64,000 nucleotides of DNA, from assembly GCF_963921235.1 (NCBI RefSeq), contig NC_086097.1, positions 18,726,001-18,790,000 on the forward strand, read 5' to 3'. Each line of letters opens with the position of its first letter. Within the stretch, counting starts at the first letter, position 1. The notes under the pieces are model-generated. The model was given only the letters and a program-made list of their open reading frames with translations, did no database searches and was not told the DNA's origin. The DNA is from Mobula hypostoma. Taxonomy: Eukaryota. Positions 26,840 through 39,033 of the stretch are shown in pieces. A program made the position numbers and the translations under genes.

Positions 26840-27137
26840 ATCCGATAGTCACATGAGACCGTGGATTTGCACCTTGGAAGGTTTTCCAGGGCGCAGGCCT
26901 GGGCAAGGTTGTATGGAAGACCGGCAGTTGCCCATGCTGCAAGTCTCCCCTCTCCACGCCACTGATGTTGTCCAAGGGAAGGGCACTAGGACCCATACAG
27001 CTTGACACCGGTGTCGTCGCAGAGCAATGTGTGGTTAAGTGCCTTGCTCAAGGGAACAGCACGTTGCCTCAGCTAAGGCTTGAACTAGCGACCTTCAGAT
27101 CGCTAGACGAATGCCTTAACCACTTGGCCATGCGCCA
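26840..27137 (-). mobile_element. tRNA-derived SINE
   Basis: Reverse-complement head GGCGCATGGCCAAGTGGTTAAGGC...GGTCGCTAGTTCAAGCC has A/B-box-like motifs. GC-rich island in AT-rich flanks. Confidence 0.7.
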
Positions 27138-27449
27138 ATTTAAGTATACATATAGTCTTAAACAACTTAAAGTATACATATGTCTTCTAAATAGATAAGT
27201 TAAAATAAGTAGTGGAAGATAACAGAAATAAGAAAGCAGTGAGGTAGTGTTCATGGGTTTAATGTCTGTTAAGAAATCAGATGGCAGAGAGAATAAAGCT
27301 ATTGCGCTTTATTCTGCATTTTGTTATTATTTTATCTTGCTCTACCTCAATAGACTGTGTAATAATTTCATCAGTATGCATAGTATGCACGACAAGCTTT
27401 TTGCTGTACCACAGTACATGTGACAATAAGAAAACAATTCCAATTCCAA

Positions 27450-28430
27450 CATAGATAAGTATAGCTCATTAACTGCCCACAACGTCTGTGCCAAACACAA
27501 TGTCAAATTAAAGTTTATCTCTTCTGTCTGCACATCCCACGTCCCCTGCATATTCTCGTGTCTAAAGCCTCTCAAATGGTACTTTCATTTCTGCTTGCAC
27601 CACTAGCCCTGGTAGCCTGTTCTAGCTACCTACCATTCCCTGTGTAAAATAAAAGATGTTGCACATATTTCCTTTATTCTTTCTCCCTCTTAGCCTAGAT
27701 GCATGTCCTCCAGTATTTGACATTCTATCCTAGGAAAAAGATTCTGACTGTCTATCTATGCCACCCAGAATTTTATAAACTTCTATCTAGTCTCCCATCA
27801 GCCTTCAAAGCTCCAGAGAAAACAACCCAAGTTTGACCAAACTGTCCTTCTAGCTCATACCCTTTAATCCAGGCATTATCCTGGTAAACACCCTTTCCAA
27901 AGCCTCCTCTTCCTGGCTGAAATGGGGTGACCAGACATGCATACAATCCTCGAAGTACAGCCTAAACAGAGTTTTATATAGCTGTAAAATGCAATCAAAC
28001 ATATCCAGTGTTTTGTGTATACAATCATAGAGTCAGATTCAAGTTTATTAGGCCACTTCACCCATCAAGTCTGCTCCGCCATTTCATCATGGCTGATTTA
28101 TTATTCCTCTCAACCTAATTTTCTTGTCTTCTCCCCGTAACCTTTGACACCCTAAGTAATCAAGGACCTATCAACCTCTGCTTTAAATATACCCAATGAT
28201 TTGGCCTATTTGTTGCAATGAATTCCACAAAGTCACCACCATCTGGCTAAAACAAATTCCACTTCACCTCTGTCCTTCCATTCTGAGGCTGTGCAGACTT
28301 CCCCGCTCTAAGAAACATCCTTTCCACATCCAATCTGTCAAAGCCTTTCAATATTCAGTAGGTTCCAATGAGATCCTCCCTCATTCTTCTGAACTCCAGT
28401 GAGTACAGGCCTAGAGCTATCAAACGCTCC
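27450..28430 (-). mobile_element. two old CR1 3'-end fragments
   Basis: ERLIALGLYSLEFRRMREDLIGTY (ORF 28355-28537) and CR1 3' UTR-like sequence. Confidence 0.65.
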
Positions 28431-29100
28431 TGGTGCATTATCACTGATGTGTGCTGTGAAATGTGTGGTTTTGCCGCAGTTGTACAGTGCAAAGCAGAAA
28501 AAATTCCTATAAGCTGCAAAATAAATAAGTAGTTCATATTCAGGCTGCTAATGCCTCCGAGGCATTGTTTTACTTGGAAGTATAGATTGAGATATTGGGA
28601 TTAGATGGCTGTGGCTCTGACTTTACAGGCTGCACTTCTACTCTCTTCATATGGAGGGTCTCACTCAATGCACAGAGAGAATTGGCACAAATATTCTTCA
28701 CTCTACACAGAATTCTGTGATCTGGAATCCACTGCTGGCAGGGTATTCAAAGCAGATTCAATAATAACATTTATAAACGGAAATGATTGGATTAAGTAAA
28801 TAGCTCTATCAAATAGATGGCACAGTTACAATAGGCAGTGAATCATTCTATAATTTTATGAGATACAAAAGTGAGTTACAGGCAGGAATTTAATTCAGAT
28901 GGTTTATGTAGATACAGCAAGATGAGTATCAGTGGAATATATTATTTACTGCAAGCCAGAGGGCTCAGTGATAGTCTGAACCGTGAGAGAAAGCATTAAA
29001 ATTTATGCCTTACCTGAATGCCAAGATTAGGTAATTGCCTGAAATTCACAAGCTGCTTCTTTGCACTGTATGGGTGCCGTATAATGTGAAAGAGGCATAA

Positions 29101-29590
29101 ACACTCTCACCGGCCGCTTTATTAGGTACTGTCTGTACCTAATAAAGTGGCAACTGAGCGTATGTTCATGGTCTTCCGCTGTCCTAGCCCGTCCAATTCA
29201 ATGCACTGTGCATTCAGAGATGCCCTTCCGCATACCACTGTTACAACACATGGCTATTTGAGTTATTTTTGCCTTCCGGTCAGCTTGAACCAGTCTGGCT
29301 ATTTTCCTCTGACCTCCCTCATTAACAAAGCATTTTCACCCACAGAGCTGCCCACTCATTGGATTTTTTTTTGTTTTGTTTTTCACACCATTCTTTGTAA
29401 ACTCTAGAGACTGTTGTGTGTGAAAGTTCTAGGAGATCATTATCTTCTGAGATACTCAAGCCACCCCATCTGGCACCAACAATCATTTCACAGTCAAAGT
29501 CACTTAGATCACATTTGCTCCCCATTCTGATGTTTGGTCTGAATAACAATGGAACCTCTTGACTGTGTCTGCATGTTTTTATGGATTGAG
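29101..29590 (-). mobile_element. Tc1-family non-autonomous element, transposase N-terminal HTH remnant
   Basis: MGSKCDLSDFDCEMIVGARWGGLSISE..LLELSHTTVSRVYKEW (ORF 29322-29636). Inverted repeat CTTTATTAGGTAC / GTACCTAATAAAG at ~29117-29147. Confidence 0.75.
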
Positions 29591-29594
29591 TTGA

Positions 29595-30700
29595 ACTGTA
29601 AGAGAAATCTGGCCTTTCTCCAATATAGAATTTCAACCCAAGGACCAGACCTATCCTTCTCCATAATTGTATTGGAACTTATAGAATTATGATCACTAGT
29701 TGAAAAGTGTTCCCCTATACACACTTCTATCACCTATCCTATCTCATTCCCTAATTGGAGTTCTAGTATCACACTCTCTTTAGTTGGGACTTCTATGTAT
29801 TGAATTAGGAAATTTTCCTGAGCACATTTGACAAACTTTATTTCATCCAGTCCTTTTGCATACGGGAATCCCAGTCAATATGTGGAAAGTTAAACTCACC
29901 TACAATCACAGTCTTATGTTTAATGCAACAGTCTGCAATCTCCCTGTAAATTTGCTCCTCTAAATCCTACTAAGTAGTGGGTAGTCTATAATACGATCCT
30001 ATTAACGTGGTCTTCCTTTTCTTATTCCTCATTTTCACCCATAAGTCTCAGTAGATGAGCTCTCTAGTCTGTCCTGTGTGAGCACTGCCATGACATTCCC
30101 CCTGACTGGTAAGGCCACCCCTCCCACTTTAATCCCTCCCACTCTATCACATTTGAAACAATGAAATCCCGGAACATTAAACTGCCAATTCTGCTCCGCC
30201 GGCAATCAAGTCTCACTAATGGCCACAATGTCATAATTCTACATGCTTATCCATACTTTCATCTGACTTTCCTACAAAACTCCTTACATTGAAATATACA
30301 CAATCAGAACATTCGTCCCCTCATGCTGATTGTTTCGATTCCTGACTTTGTATCTAAGGTTAACTATATCTTTCACCAGAACCACTCCACTATGTGCTGT
30401 GATTCCCATCCTCATGCAACTCTAGTTTAACCCTCCCACTACCCCACCCCGCACCCCCCAATGTGCAAACCTTCCCTCAAGGATACTAGTCCTCTTCTAG
30501 TTCAGGTGCAAATTGTCCCTTCTGTACAAGTCCCACTTTCCCTGCAAGAGAACCCACAGAGCCAGGCTCACTGTTGGAGAGTTAACTACTGAGGTTTTCC
30601 TCTGCTATGTTACCCCCTCACCCCCTCACCCCCCCCAGCCCCTACAGTATCCAAAACAGTATTTCTGTTATTGAGGGAAATGGCCACTTGCTGCCTATTT
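29595..30700 (-). mobile_element. old CR1 fragment: partial ORF1 + APE endonuclease
   Basis: EHFSTSDHNSI endonuclease motif (ORF 29509-29733). ORF1 C-terminal LYRRDNLHLN-like remnant near 30480-30540. Confidence 0.7.
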
Positions 30701-30710
30701 CACAAGATCA

Positions 30711-33700
30711 CAAGATCACAAGACAAAGGAGCAGAAGTAGGCCATTCGGCTCATTGAGTCTGCTCTGCAGCTCCCCCATGAGCTAAACTATTCACCCATC
30801 TAGTTCCAAATTCTGGCTTTTTCCCCATATCCCTTGATACCCTGACTAATTAGATACCTGTCAATCTCCTCCTTAAACACCCTCAATGATTGGGCCTCCA
30901 CAGCTGCATGTGGCAACAAATTCCACAAATCCACGACCCTCTGGCTAAAAAAATTTCTCCTCATCTCTGTTTTAACTGGGTACCCTCTAATTCTAAGACT
31001 ATGGCCTCTTGTCCTGGACTCACCCACCAAGGGAAACAACCTTTCCACATCTACTCTGTCCAACCCTTCCAACATTCGAAATGTTTCTATGAGATCCCCT
31101 CTCATTCTTCTATACTCTAATGAATACAATCCAAGAGCCGACAGACGCTCCTCATATGTTAGCTCCTGCATTCCAATAATCATCCTCGTAAATCTTCTCT
31201 GAACTCTCTCCAACATCAGTACATCCTTTCTAAGATAGGGGGCCCAAAACTGCACACAGTATTCCAAATGAGGTCTCACTAATGCCCCATAGAGCCTCAT
31301 CAACACCTCCTTACTCTTATACACTATTCCTCTTGAAATGAATGCCAACATAGCATTTGCTTTCCTTACTGCCGATCCAACTTGGTGGTTAACCTTTAGG
31401 GTATCCTGCACGAAGACCCCCAAGTCCCTTTGCACTTCCGATTTTTGAATTTCCTCCTCATCTAAGTAATAATCTGCCCGATTATTTCTTCTTCCGAAAA
31501 GTACAACCGTACATTTGTCAACGTTGTATCTCATCTGCCATTTCTTTGCCCACTCTCCTAAACTGACTAAGTCTCTCTGCAACCTTTCCGTTTCTTCAAC
31601 ATTTCCTGCTCCTCCACCTATCTTGGTGTCATCTGCAAACTTAGCCACAAAACCATTTAATCCATAATCCAAATCATCAATACACATCGTAAAAAGAAGC
31701 GGCCCCAACACCGACCCCTGCGGAACACCAACTAGTAACCGGCAACCAATCAGAATAGGATCCCTTTATTCCCACCCTTTGCTTTCTGCCTATCAGCCAA
31801 TGCTCCACCCATTTCAATATCTTTTCTATAATTCCATGGGCTCTCACCTTATTAAGCAGCCTCATATGCGGCACCTTATCGAAGGCCTTTTGAAAATCCA
31901 AATACACAACATCCACAGCCTCTCCCTTGTCAATCTTATTCGAGATTACCTCAAAAAATTCCAATAAGGTGGTAAGGCAGGATCTTGCCTTCATGAAACC
32001 ATGCTGGCTTCGGCCTATCTTGTCATGCACCTCGAGGTATTTCATAACCTCGTCCTTGAGGATTGACTCCAATATCTTTCCAACTACCGATGTCAGACTA
32101 ATAGGTCTGTAATTTTCTTTTTGCTTCCTCCTTCCTTTCTTAAATAGCGAACTACATTTGCGACCTTCCCGTCCTCCAGAACCATGCCAGAGTCTATTGA
32201 TTCCTGGAAGATCATTTCCAATGCTTCCACAATCTCCAAAGCCACCTCCTTCAGAACCCTTGGGTGCACCTCATCCGGACCAGGAGATTTATCTATTCTT
32301 AGTCCACTTAGCTTCCCAAGCACTTTCTCTCTAGTAATCTTGACTGTACCTAATCCTATTCCCTGATACCTCTGGCTATGAGGTATATTGCTCATGTCTT
32401 CCACTGTGAAGACTGATGCAAAATACTCATTCAGTTCCTCCGCCATCTCTTTGTTATCCATTATAATTTCTCCAGCATTATTTTCAATCAGTCCCGTATC
32501 TACCCTTGTCACTCTTTTACTCTTCATATGTTTAAAAAAACTCTTAGTATCCTTTTTTATGTTAATCGCCAACTTCCTTTCATAATTCATCTTTTCTTTC
32601 CTAATGACTTTCTTAGTTTCCTTCTGTAAGTTTTTAAAAGTCTTCCAGTCCTCATTTTCCCCACTAATTTTTGCTTCCTTATACGCCGTTCCTTTTGCTT
32701 TTATTTTTGCCTTAACCTCTCTCGTTAGCCACATTTGTGCCATTTTTCCATTCATGATTTTCTTTTTTCTTGGAATATATTTTTCCTGCATTTTCCTTAT
32801 TTCTTGTAGGAATTTCATCCAATTCTGCTCTGCTGTCCCTCCATTTAGTTTACTTTTCCAATCGACTTGGGCCGGTTCCTCTCTCATACAAATGTAATTT
32901 CCCCTGTTCCACTGAAATATCGATACACCTGATACCAGCTTCTCCTTTTCAAATTTGAAACTGAACTCAATCATATTATGATCACTACTTCCAAGGGGTT
33001 CCTTTACCTCCAGCTCCCTAATCGCCTCAGGTTCGTTACACAGCACCCAATCCAAAACAGCCGGTCCCCTGGTGGGCTTCTGGACAAGCTGCTCCAAAAA
33101 GCCATCCTGTAGGCATTCTACAAACTCCCTCTCCTGAGAGCCATTACTTTCCTGACTTTCCCAATCCACTTTCATATTAAAATCCCCCATAATTATCTTG
33201 ACATTTCCCTTCTGACGCGCTTTTTCTATTTCCAGCTGCAACTTGTAGTCCACATCCCGGCTGCTGTTTGGAGGCCTGTATATAACTGCTATTAGTGTCT
33301 TTTTACCCTTGCCATTTCTTAATTCTACCCATAAGGATTCTACTTCTTCTGATCCTACGTCCCTTCTTTCTATTGATTTGATGTCGTTACTTACCATCAG
33401 GGCCACGCCACCCCCTTTACCTACCTTCCTATCCTTCCTGTACACTGTGTATCCTGGGATATTCAGTTCCCAATCACATCCATCATTTAGCCATGACTCG
33501 GTGATGGGCACAATGTCATATCTTTTAACCTGCAGCTGTGCAGCAAGGTCATCCACTTTATTTCTAATGCTGCGTGCATTTAAGTACAGTACATTTAGAT
33601 CAGTATCTGTTGCCGATTTTGCTATATTTCTATTTTGCTGTAAATTATCCTGTATATTCATCGGCCTGTCCTTCTTGCCATCTTTGCTGCACAGTATTTT

Positions 33701-34300
33701 TGACTTATTTCTATTTCCCTCTTCCTCAACCCTAACACCTTGGTTTCCTTCCCCTTGCCAACTTAGTTTAAACCCTCCCTAACAGCTATATTAAACAATC
33801 CCGCCAGGATATTAGTACCTTTTAGGTTTAGGGGTAATCCATCTTTTCCTTTCCCCTTCCTGACAGCCATCCAGTTGCCTGCACACATTCACTTTGTATC
33901 GTCTACTGACGAATCTCTCAGCCTCCCGAATGATCCGGAGCTCATCCAGCTTCAGCTTCCTCTCCTTTCGTGAATTGTTAGAAGCTGCAGCCGGATGCAC
34001 TTCTCGCAGGTGCAGTTGCCAAGGACACCGGAGGTCTCCCTGCCTTCCCACTTCCCAGAAGAGGAGCATTCCACTATCCTGCCAGGCATACCCACTGCTC
34101 TAACTGTGCAATAAGAAAAAATAAATAAACCAAACATCATCCTACAGCTATCCTATAGGCCAAAGGCTCAACCCCACAATCAAATATTGGCCTTTTCACA
34201 CAATTGGCCGCTCTACTTTAACTTAATTTCTTTTCATTGGCCCTTGCCAAGAGACTAATTATGCAAAATCCAACTATTCCAGGCGATGTGTGGCGTGCAG
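30711..34300 (-). mobile_element. near full-length CR1 LINE (short ORF1; ORF2 APE endonuclease + RT broken by frameshifts)
   Basis: ORFs 32093-33661 (YLNARSIRNK, ITESWL, IYRPP, MGDFN, SDHN), 31677-32072 (YLDFQKAFDKVPH) and 30800-31711 (KFADDTK, LVRPHLEYCVQFW). (ATCTTGTG)n tail at 30711-30724. ORF1 Zn-finger-like VECSS...CTCEKC near 34000-34075. Confidence 0.95.
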
Positions 34301-35248
34301 AGTGTCCTGATGTAGAAGTAGGTGTGACTAAGAAGTAAACCGGGCCTGCTCAGACTAGATGGCCCGAATGGCCTGTTTCTGAGCAGTAGTGCTCTATGAC
34401 TCTATATGATAGGCTAGCACCACCTACAAAAAACATCTGTGACTGACGGCTAAGCCGTGCTCCATGGAGGTACTGGTTACACGGTGGCAATTGTAGCTAA
34501 TGGCACATCTTCTAGCTCAGTGACCTTTGTATCGTAACGTACAGCAGGTAGTTCAGTAACTTGACTATCTGGCTGTTGCCATGGTTACCCATCTGCTAAA
34601 AGAAAACTGTCAATGTTATATCAACCTGCTCTATTTTTTTGCATGATTACCTTTTAACCCTGATGTGTAAATCAGGTCTGTGTGCACTGTTACACTGAGG
34701 GCCTCCTTTGGTTGGGGTGACCATGGATACTGCATCCTAGCTGCCTACATAATATACAAGCTGGTGCGCAAGCCAGGGCAGTGCGATAAGGAGAGCAAAC
34801 CGTTGCCCATGCAGCAGGCTCCCCTCTCCATGCAGCTGATAAATCTGAAGGAACAGCAGATATCGATACCGTTTGCCAGCGTCAGCAGCATCGCAGGAGT
34901 GGCCAGTCAGTGTTGAACACAATGTAGGACTGCCTTAGGGACGCCAGCTCCGGATTTTTCCCTTGGAGTTTACTCACGAAGCCTGCCCCATGAGTGGACA
35001 TAGCCGCAAGGCAGCAGAGGCTTGAGATCAGAATTTTCCTTCTCCTAGATGAACTGCCAACCACAGCTGACAGGCCCCTTCTACCTGAAGCAACTGGGTT
35101 TAAGGCACCAGTAACCCACTTTTGTCCCTACTCCAGGTTCAGTAGAAATGGTTTCACGAGGCTTAGTAGCTAAGTGACTCAGGAAGGCCAGGAGCTGGAC
35201 TTGGTTGTCAGAGGCTTTTTGAGATGCACGCCATCGGGAGCATTTAAT

Positions 35249-35908
35249 CGGGAGTTCCTACTGAGGGAGGAGAAGATGGCGGCGCGACACAGCACGCGCA
35301 GCCGTTCTGAATGATATCGTATGTGTTAACTAGGGGCCGTGCACAATCCTGATTTAATAGAGACAGCCGTGAGAAGCACAGAGGAACACCTGGAGAAACT
35401 TCTGAAATGCCCGCCTCGCTGCCGCTGCTACTGTGCAATCGAGAATCTCCAGAGCGGAAGGCCGCAAATCCTAGGCTTTTCCTATTGCCTGTTGCCGGGG
35501 CTGGAGTTGAAGTGCTCAGCAGAGATGGTGCTCAGTGTCGGAGAGCTGGTCGGAGGCTCGGAATTTTCGGACGGACTCGGAGTCGGACTGTGGTCAGATG
35601 CTTCCAGGATGCTGCATTGGCAAGTTTGCGGCGCTGGAGGTTCACCGTCTGCGTGAGAAGATGGGACTTTCGAGAGACTTTGAGACTTTTTACCGTGCCC
35701 ATAGTCTGTTCTTTATCAAATTATGGTATTGCTTTGCACTGTTGTAACTATATGTTGTAATTATGTGGCTTTTGTCAGTTTTTCAGTTGGTTTGTCATGT
35801 GTTTCTGTGATATCATTCTGGAGAAACGTTGTATCATTTCTTAATGCATGCATTACTAAATGACAATAAAAGAGGACTGCGTGTCCTCATAATCTAATCT
35901 AATCTAAT
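35249..35908 (+). mobile_element. complete non-autonomous retroposon with AAGATGGCGGC 5' motif and (AATCT)n tail
   Basis: AAGATGGCGGCG at ~35272, AATAAA at ~35865, (AATCT)n tail at 35891-35908 and TAAT at both flanks. No RT motifs. Second partial copy at 21159-21536. Confidence 0.75.
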
Positions 35909-36719
35909 AGGTAGTGGGAGTTTATCCCCACTACCTCCCCCAATGACGACAAACTTAAGGAACCACTGCTGCTCTGCAATAAGTGTTTTATTCTAAACTA
36001 CGCTGGAGATGCCTATTAACCACTTGAAAAGGAAACTTAATGAAGCAGAAATGTAATAATCATTGATGACAATTTCTTGAAGTTATAGAGTGGCAATTAC
36101 TGTCAGTTCTGCAGTATTCATAGCATTACTGTTCACATCAGGAATGCTTGTCAGGGATGTTGTTTCAATCAGTTCTACAATTGGATTTAAATTCAATCCA
36201 GCATCTTTAGATGGCTAGGTCTTAACATATTGGGTGGCCTTACCTAGATGCTCACAAAGCTGCAACTATAAGGAAGGTGTGCCAGGATTGTTTAAGAGGT
36301 TAAGGATGTTTGGTGTGCCACCAAACACTCCAACAAATTTCTGAGGATACACTGTTTAAAGTATCCTGACCGATTGCATTATGGTCTGGATGACAATTCA
36401 GAAGATGGAAATCCATTGATTCGCGGACTATTCATAACTCTAATGGCCGAGGAAAAGAAACTCTTCTGAAAACATTGACTCTGCATTTCCAGAGTCCTGC
36501 ATTTCTGCCCTGATAGTAGTAACGAGAAGATGGCAGAGGATGGTGGGGGATGGGGGTCCTTCATGATGGATGCCACCTTTCTGAGGCATTACCTTTTGAA
36601 GATGTCCTCGACGCTGGGCCCATGATGGAGCTGGCTGAGTTTACAACCCTTTGCAGCTTTTTCTGATCCTGTGCATTGGCACCTCCACACCAGACAGAGA
36701 TGCAATCTGTGAGAATGCT

Positions 36720-37140
36720 AGTGTGTGCAGTTCCAGTTACCGCACTATAGAAAGGGTGTGGTAGCGCTGGGGAAAATGCAGCAAAGATTCACAAAGATAT
36801 TATCTGGACTGGAGGGCTTTAGTTACAAGGAAAGATTGAATTGGTTGTGATAGTTCTCACTGGAGTTTAATAAAATTATGATGGACATGGATAGAAGCCT
36901 TTTTCCAAGGATACAGAGGCCAAGACAAGAGGATAGAGGTTACAGTGAGAAAAGAAATATTTAAAGGAGATTTGAGGTCAATTTTTCCCACAGAGAGTGT
37001 TGGATATATGGAATAACTACTGTAGGGTAGAGACAAACACAATCACCACATTTTAAAATCATTTAGACAGGTACATGGAGTAGAGGAATATATAGGAATG
37101 CAGGTAAAAGGGATTAGAGTAGATAGGCATTGTGATCACC
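36720..37140 (+). mobile_element. old CR1 3' end
   Basis: VCAVPVTALYRKG/MQQRFTKILSGLEGFSYKERL-like degenerate CR1 C-terminus. Confidence 0.55.
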
Positions 37141-37799
37141 ATGAATAATTCAGTCTAAGGGGCCTATTTTACTTTGACATTAGCATCTGAGATGACTAAA
37201 CTTGAGTTGTCAGTTGATGTGAGACCAAGGTAGGTAATTGGTGTTGAAATGCACAATAATAGAGGCACAGTGAAATTGATGAGCAGGTGGGTGAGAAAAG
37301 GTATCAGGATGAATCGGATTTTGCTGACACCTGGCATAGAACCATAGAGGTGAACAGCCTCCTTCTACATCACAATATGAGAGTTGTGAATGGTGGTGGA
37401 CAACTGAACAGGAGAATGGGAACATCAAAGATAATCCTCACCCTCAGCAAGGGGAGAGCTGAGCAAGTGCGTGCTAACAACAAGGTTGAAACACTCCCCC
37501 TCATTCAGCCTGAAGTATCAAGCGGGTGATCCATCTCTGCTTCTGCCTCAGAGGCTCTCCATCATGGAAACCAGTCTTCAGCCAATTAAATTCACCCTGC
37601 ATGACGATGAAAATGACCCAGAGCACAGAGTATAATAACCAGTAGAACCATGACCTCACAGTGTCAGAGACATGGGCTGAGTACTGATCTCAGGGCCTAC
37701 CTGAGGGAGGGGTGCATGTTCTCAAAGAGCATAGAACGTTGCAGCACAGTACAGGCCCTTCAGCCCATAATATTGTGCCAACCTTTTAACCTTCCCTAA

Positions 37800-39033
37800 G
37801 GCTGGAATACTGCGCACATGCAACAGGTGCTCTCCCGCGCAGGTCCAACAAAGAGCTTGAAAAAGCAGTAGGTTTTTCAATGGGAGTCATTGATTCCCCT
37901 ACTGTGCAGACAGAACAGAAGTGTTCCAGCGCAGATCTGACAAAGAGCTTTTAAAAGCCCATTCTCTATAAAAGAGAAGTACTGTTTGGCGGAGCGGCCA
38001 TTGTGGGAGCAGTCCTTGTCGAAGCAGTCTGAGTCAGAGTAGTAAGGCTTTGGTTCAAACAGGGCTTTGGCGAGAACAGGCAGAGGTAAGGTAAGTTCAT
38101 TCGTTATTTCTTATTTAACTCTAGAGAGAATAGGAAATATATCTACAGAGCCAGTGTTCTGTTCTGGGTGTTAGGGGTGGGATTTCCAGAAAACTCCCAG
38201 CCTCCCTGATGGCCACATCTACGCCAGGTGCATCGAGATGCAGCTCCTTATGGACAGTGTTAAGGAACTGGAGCTGCAGCTCGATGATCTTCAGCTTGTT
38301 AGCGAAGTGAAACAGTGATGGACAGGAGCTACAGGGAGGTAGCAGGGTGCAGGAGACAGATAAATGGGTGACAATCAGGAGAGAGAAGGGAGAACGTCAG
38401 ACAGTGGAGAGCCTCTGTGTCCGTCTCCCTCAACAATAAGTTCTCTATATTGAGTACTGCTGGGGGAGGAATGGCCTTCCTGGGGGAAGCAACAGCAGCT
38501 GTGGCTCTGGCACTGAGTCTGGCCCTATGGCTCAGAAGGGCAGGGAGCTGAAAAGGATAGCAACAGTAATAGGGACTCTGTAGTTGGGGGACAGATAGTC
38601 AATTCGGTGGATGTGAAAAGGAAACACGGATGGTAGTTTGCCTCACAGGTGCCAGGATCCAAGATATTTCTGGATGCATCCACAACATCCTGAAAAGGCA
38701 GGGTGAGCAACCAGATGTCGTGGCATATATTGGTACCAATGACATTGGAAGAAAAAGGGAGGAGGTCCTGAAAAAAGAATACAGGGAGTCAGGAAGGAAA
38801 CTGAGAAGCAGGACCTTAAGGGTAGTAAACTCGGGATTTCTGCCTGAGCCACACGACAGTGAGGATAGGAATAGAATAAGGTGGCAGATAAAGCCGTGCC
38901 TGAAGAATTGGAGCAGGGAGCAGGGATTCAGATTTCTAGATAATTGGGACCTCTTTTGGTGTAGGTGTGACCTGTACAAGAGGGATGGTTTGCACTTGAG
39001 TCCGAGGGGGGCAGGTTTACCAGAGCTGTTGGG
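37800..39033 (+). mobile_element. CR1 5' UTR + ORF1 (Zn finger/coiled coil + SGNH esterase), degenerate
   Basis: IGDS-like block near 38568, then VVCLTGARIQDI, YIGTNDIG, FRFLDNW and YKRDGLHL (ORF 38630-39082). Confidence 0.85.
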
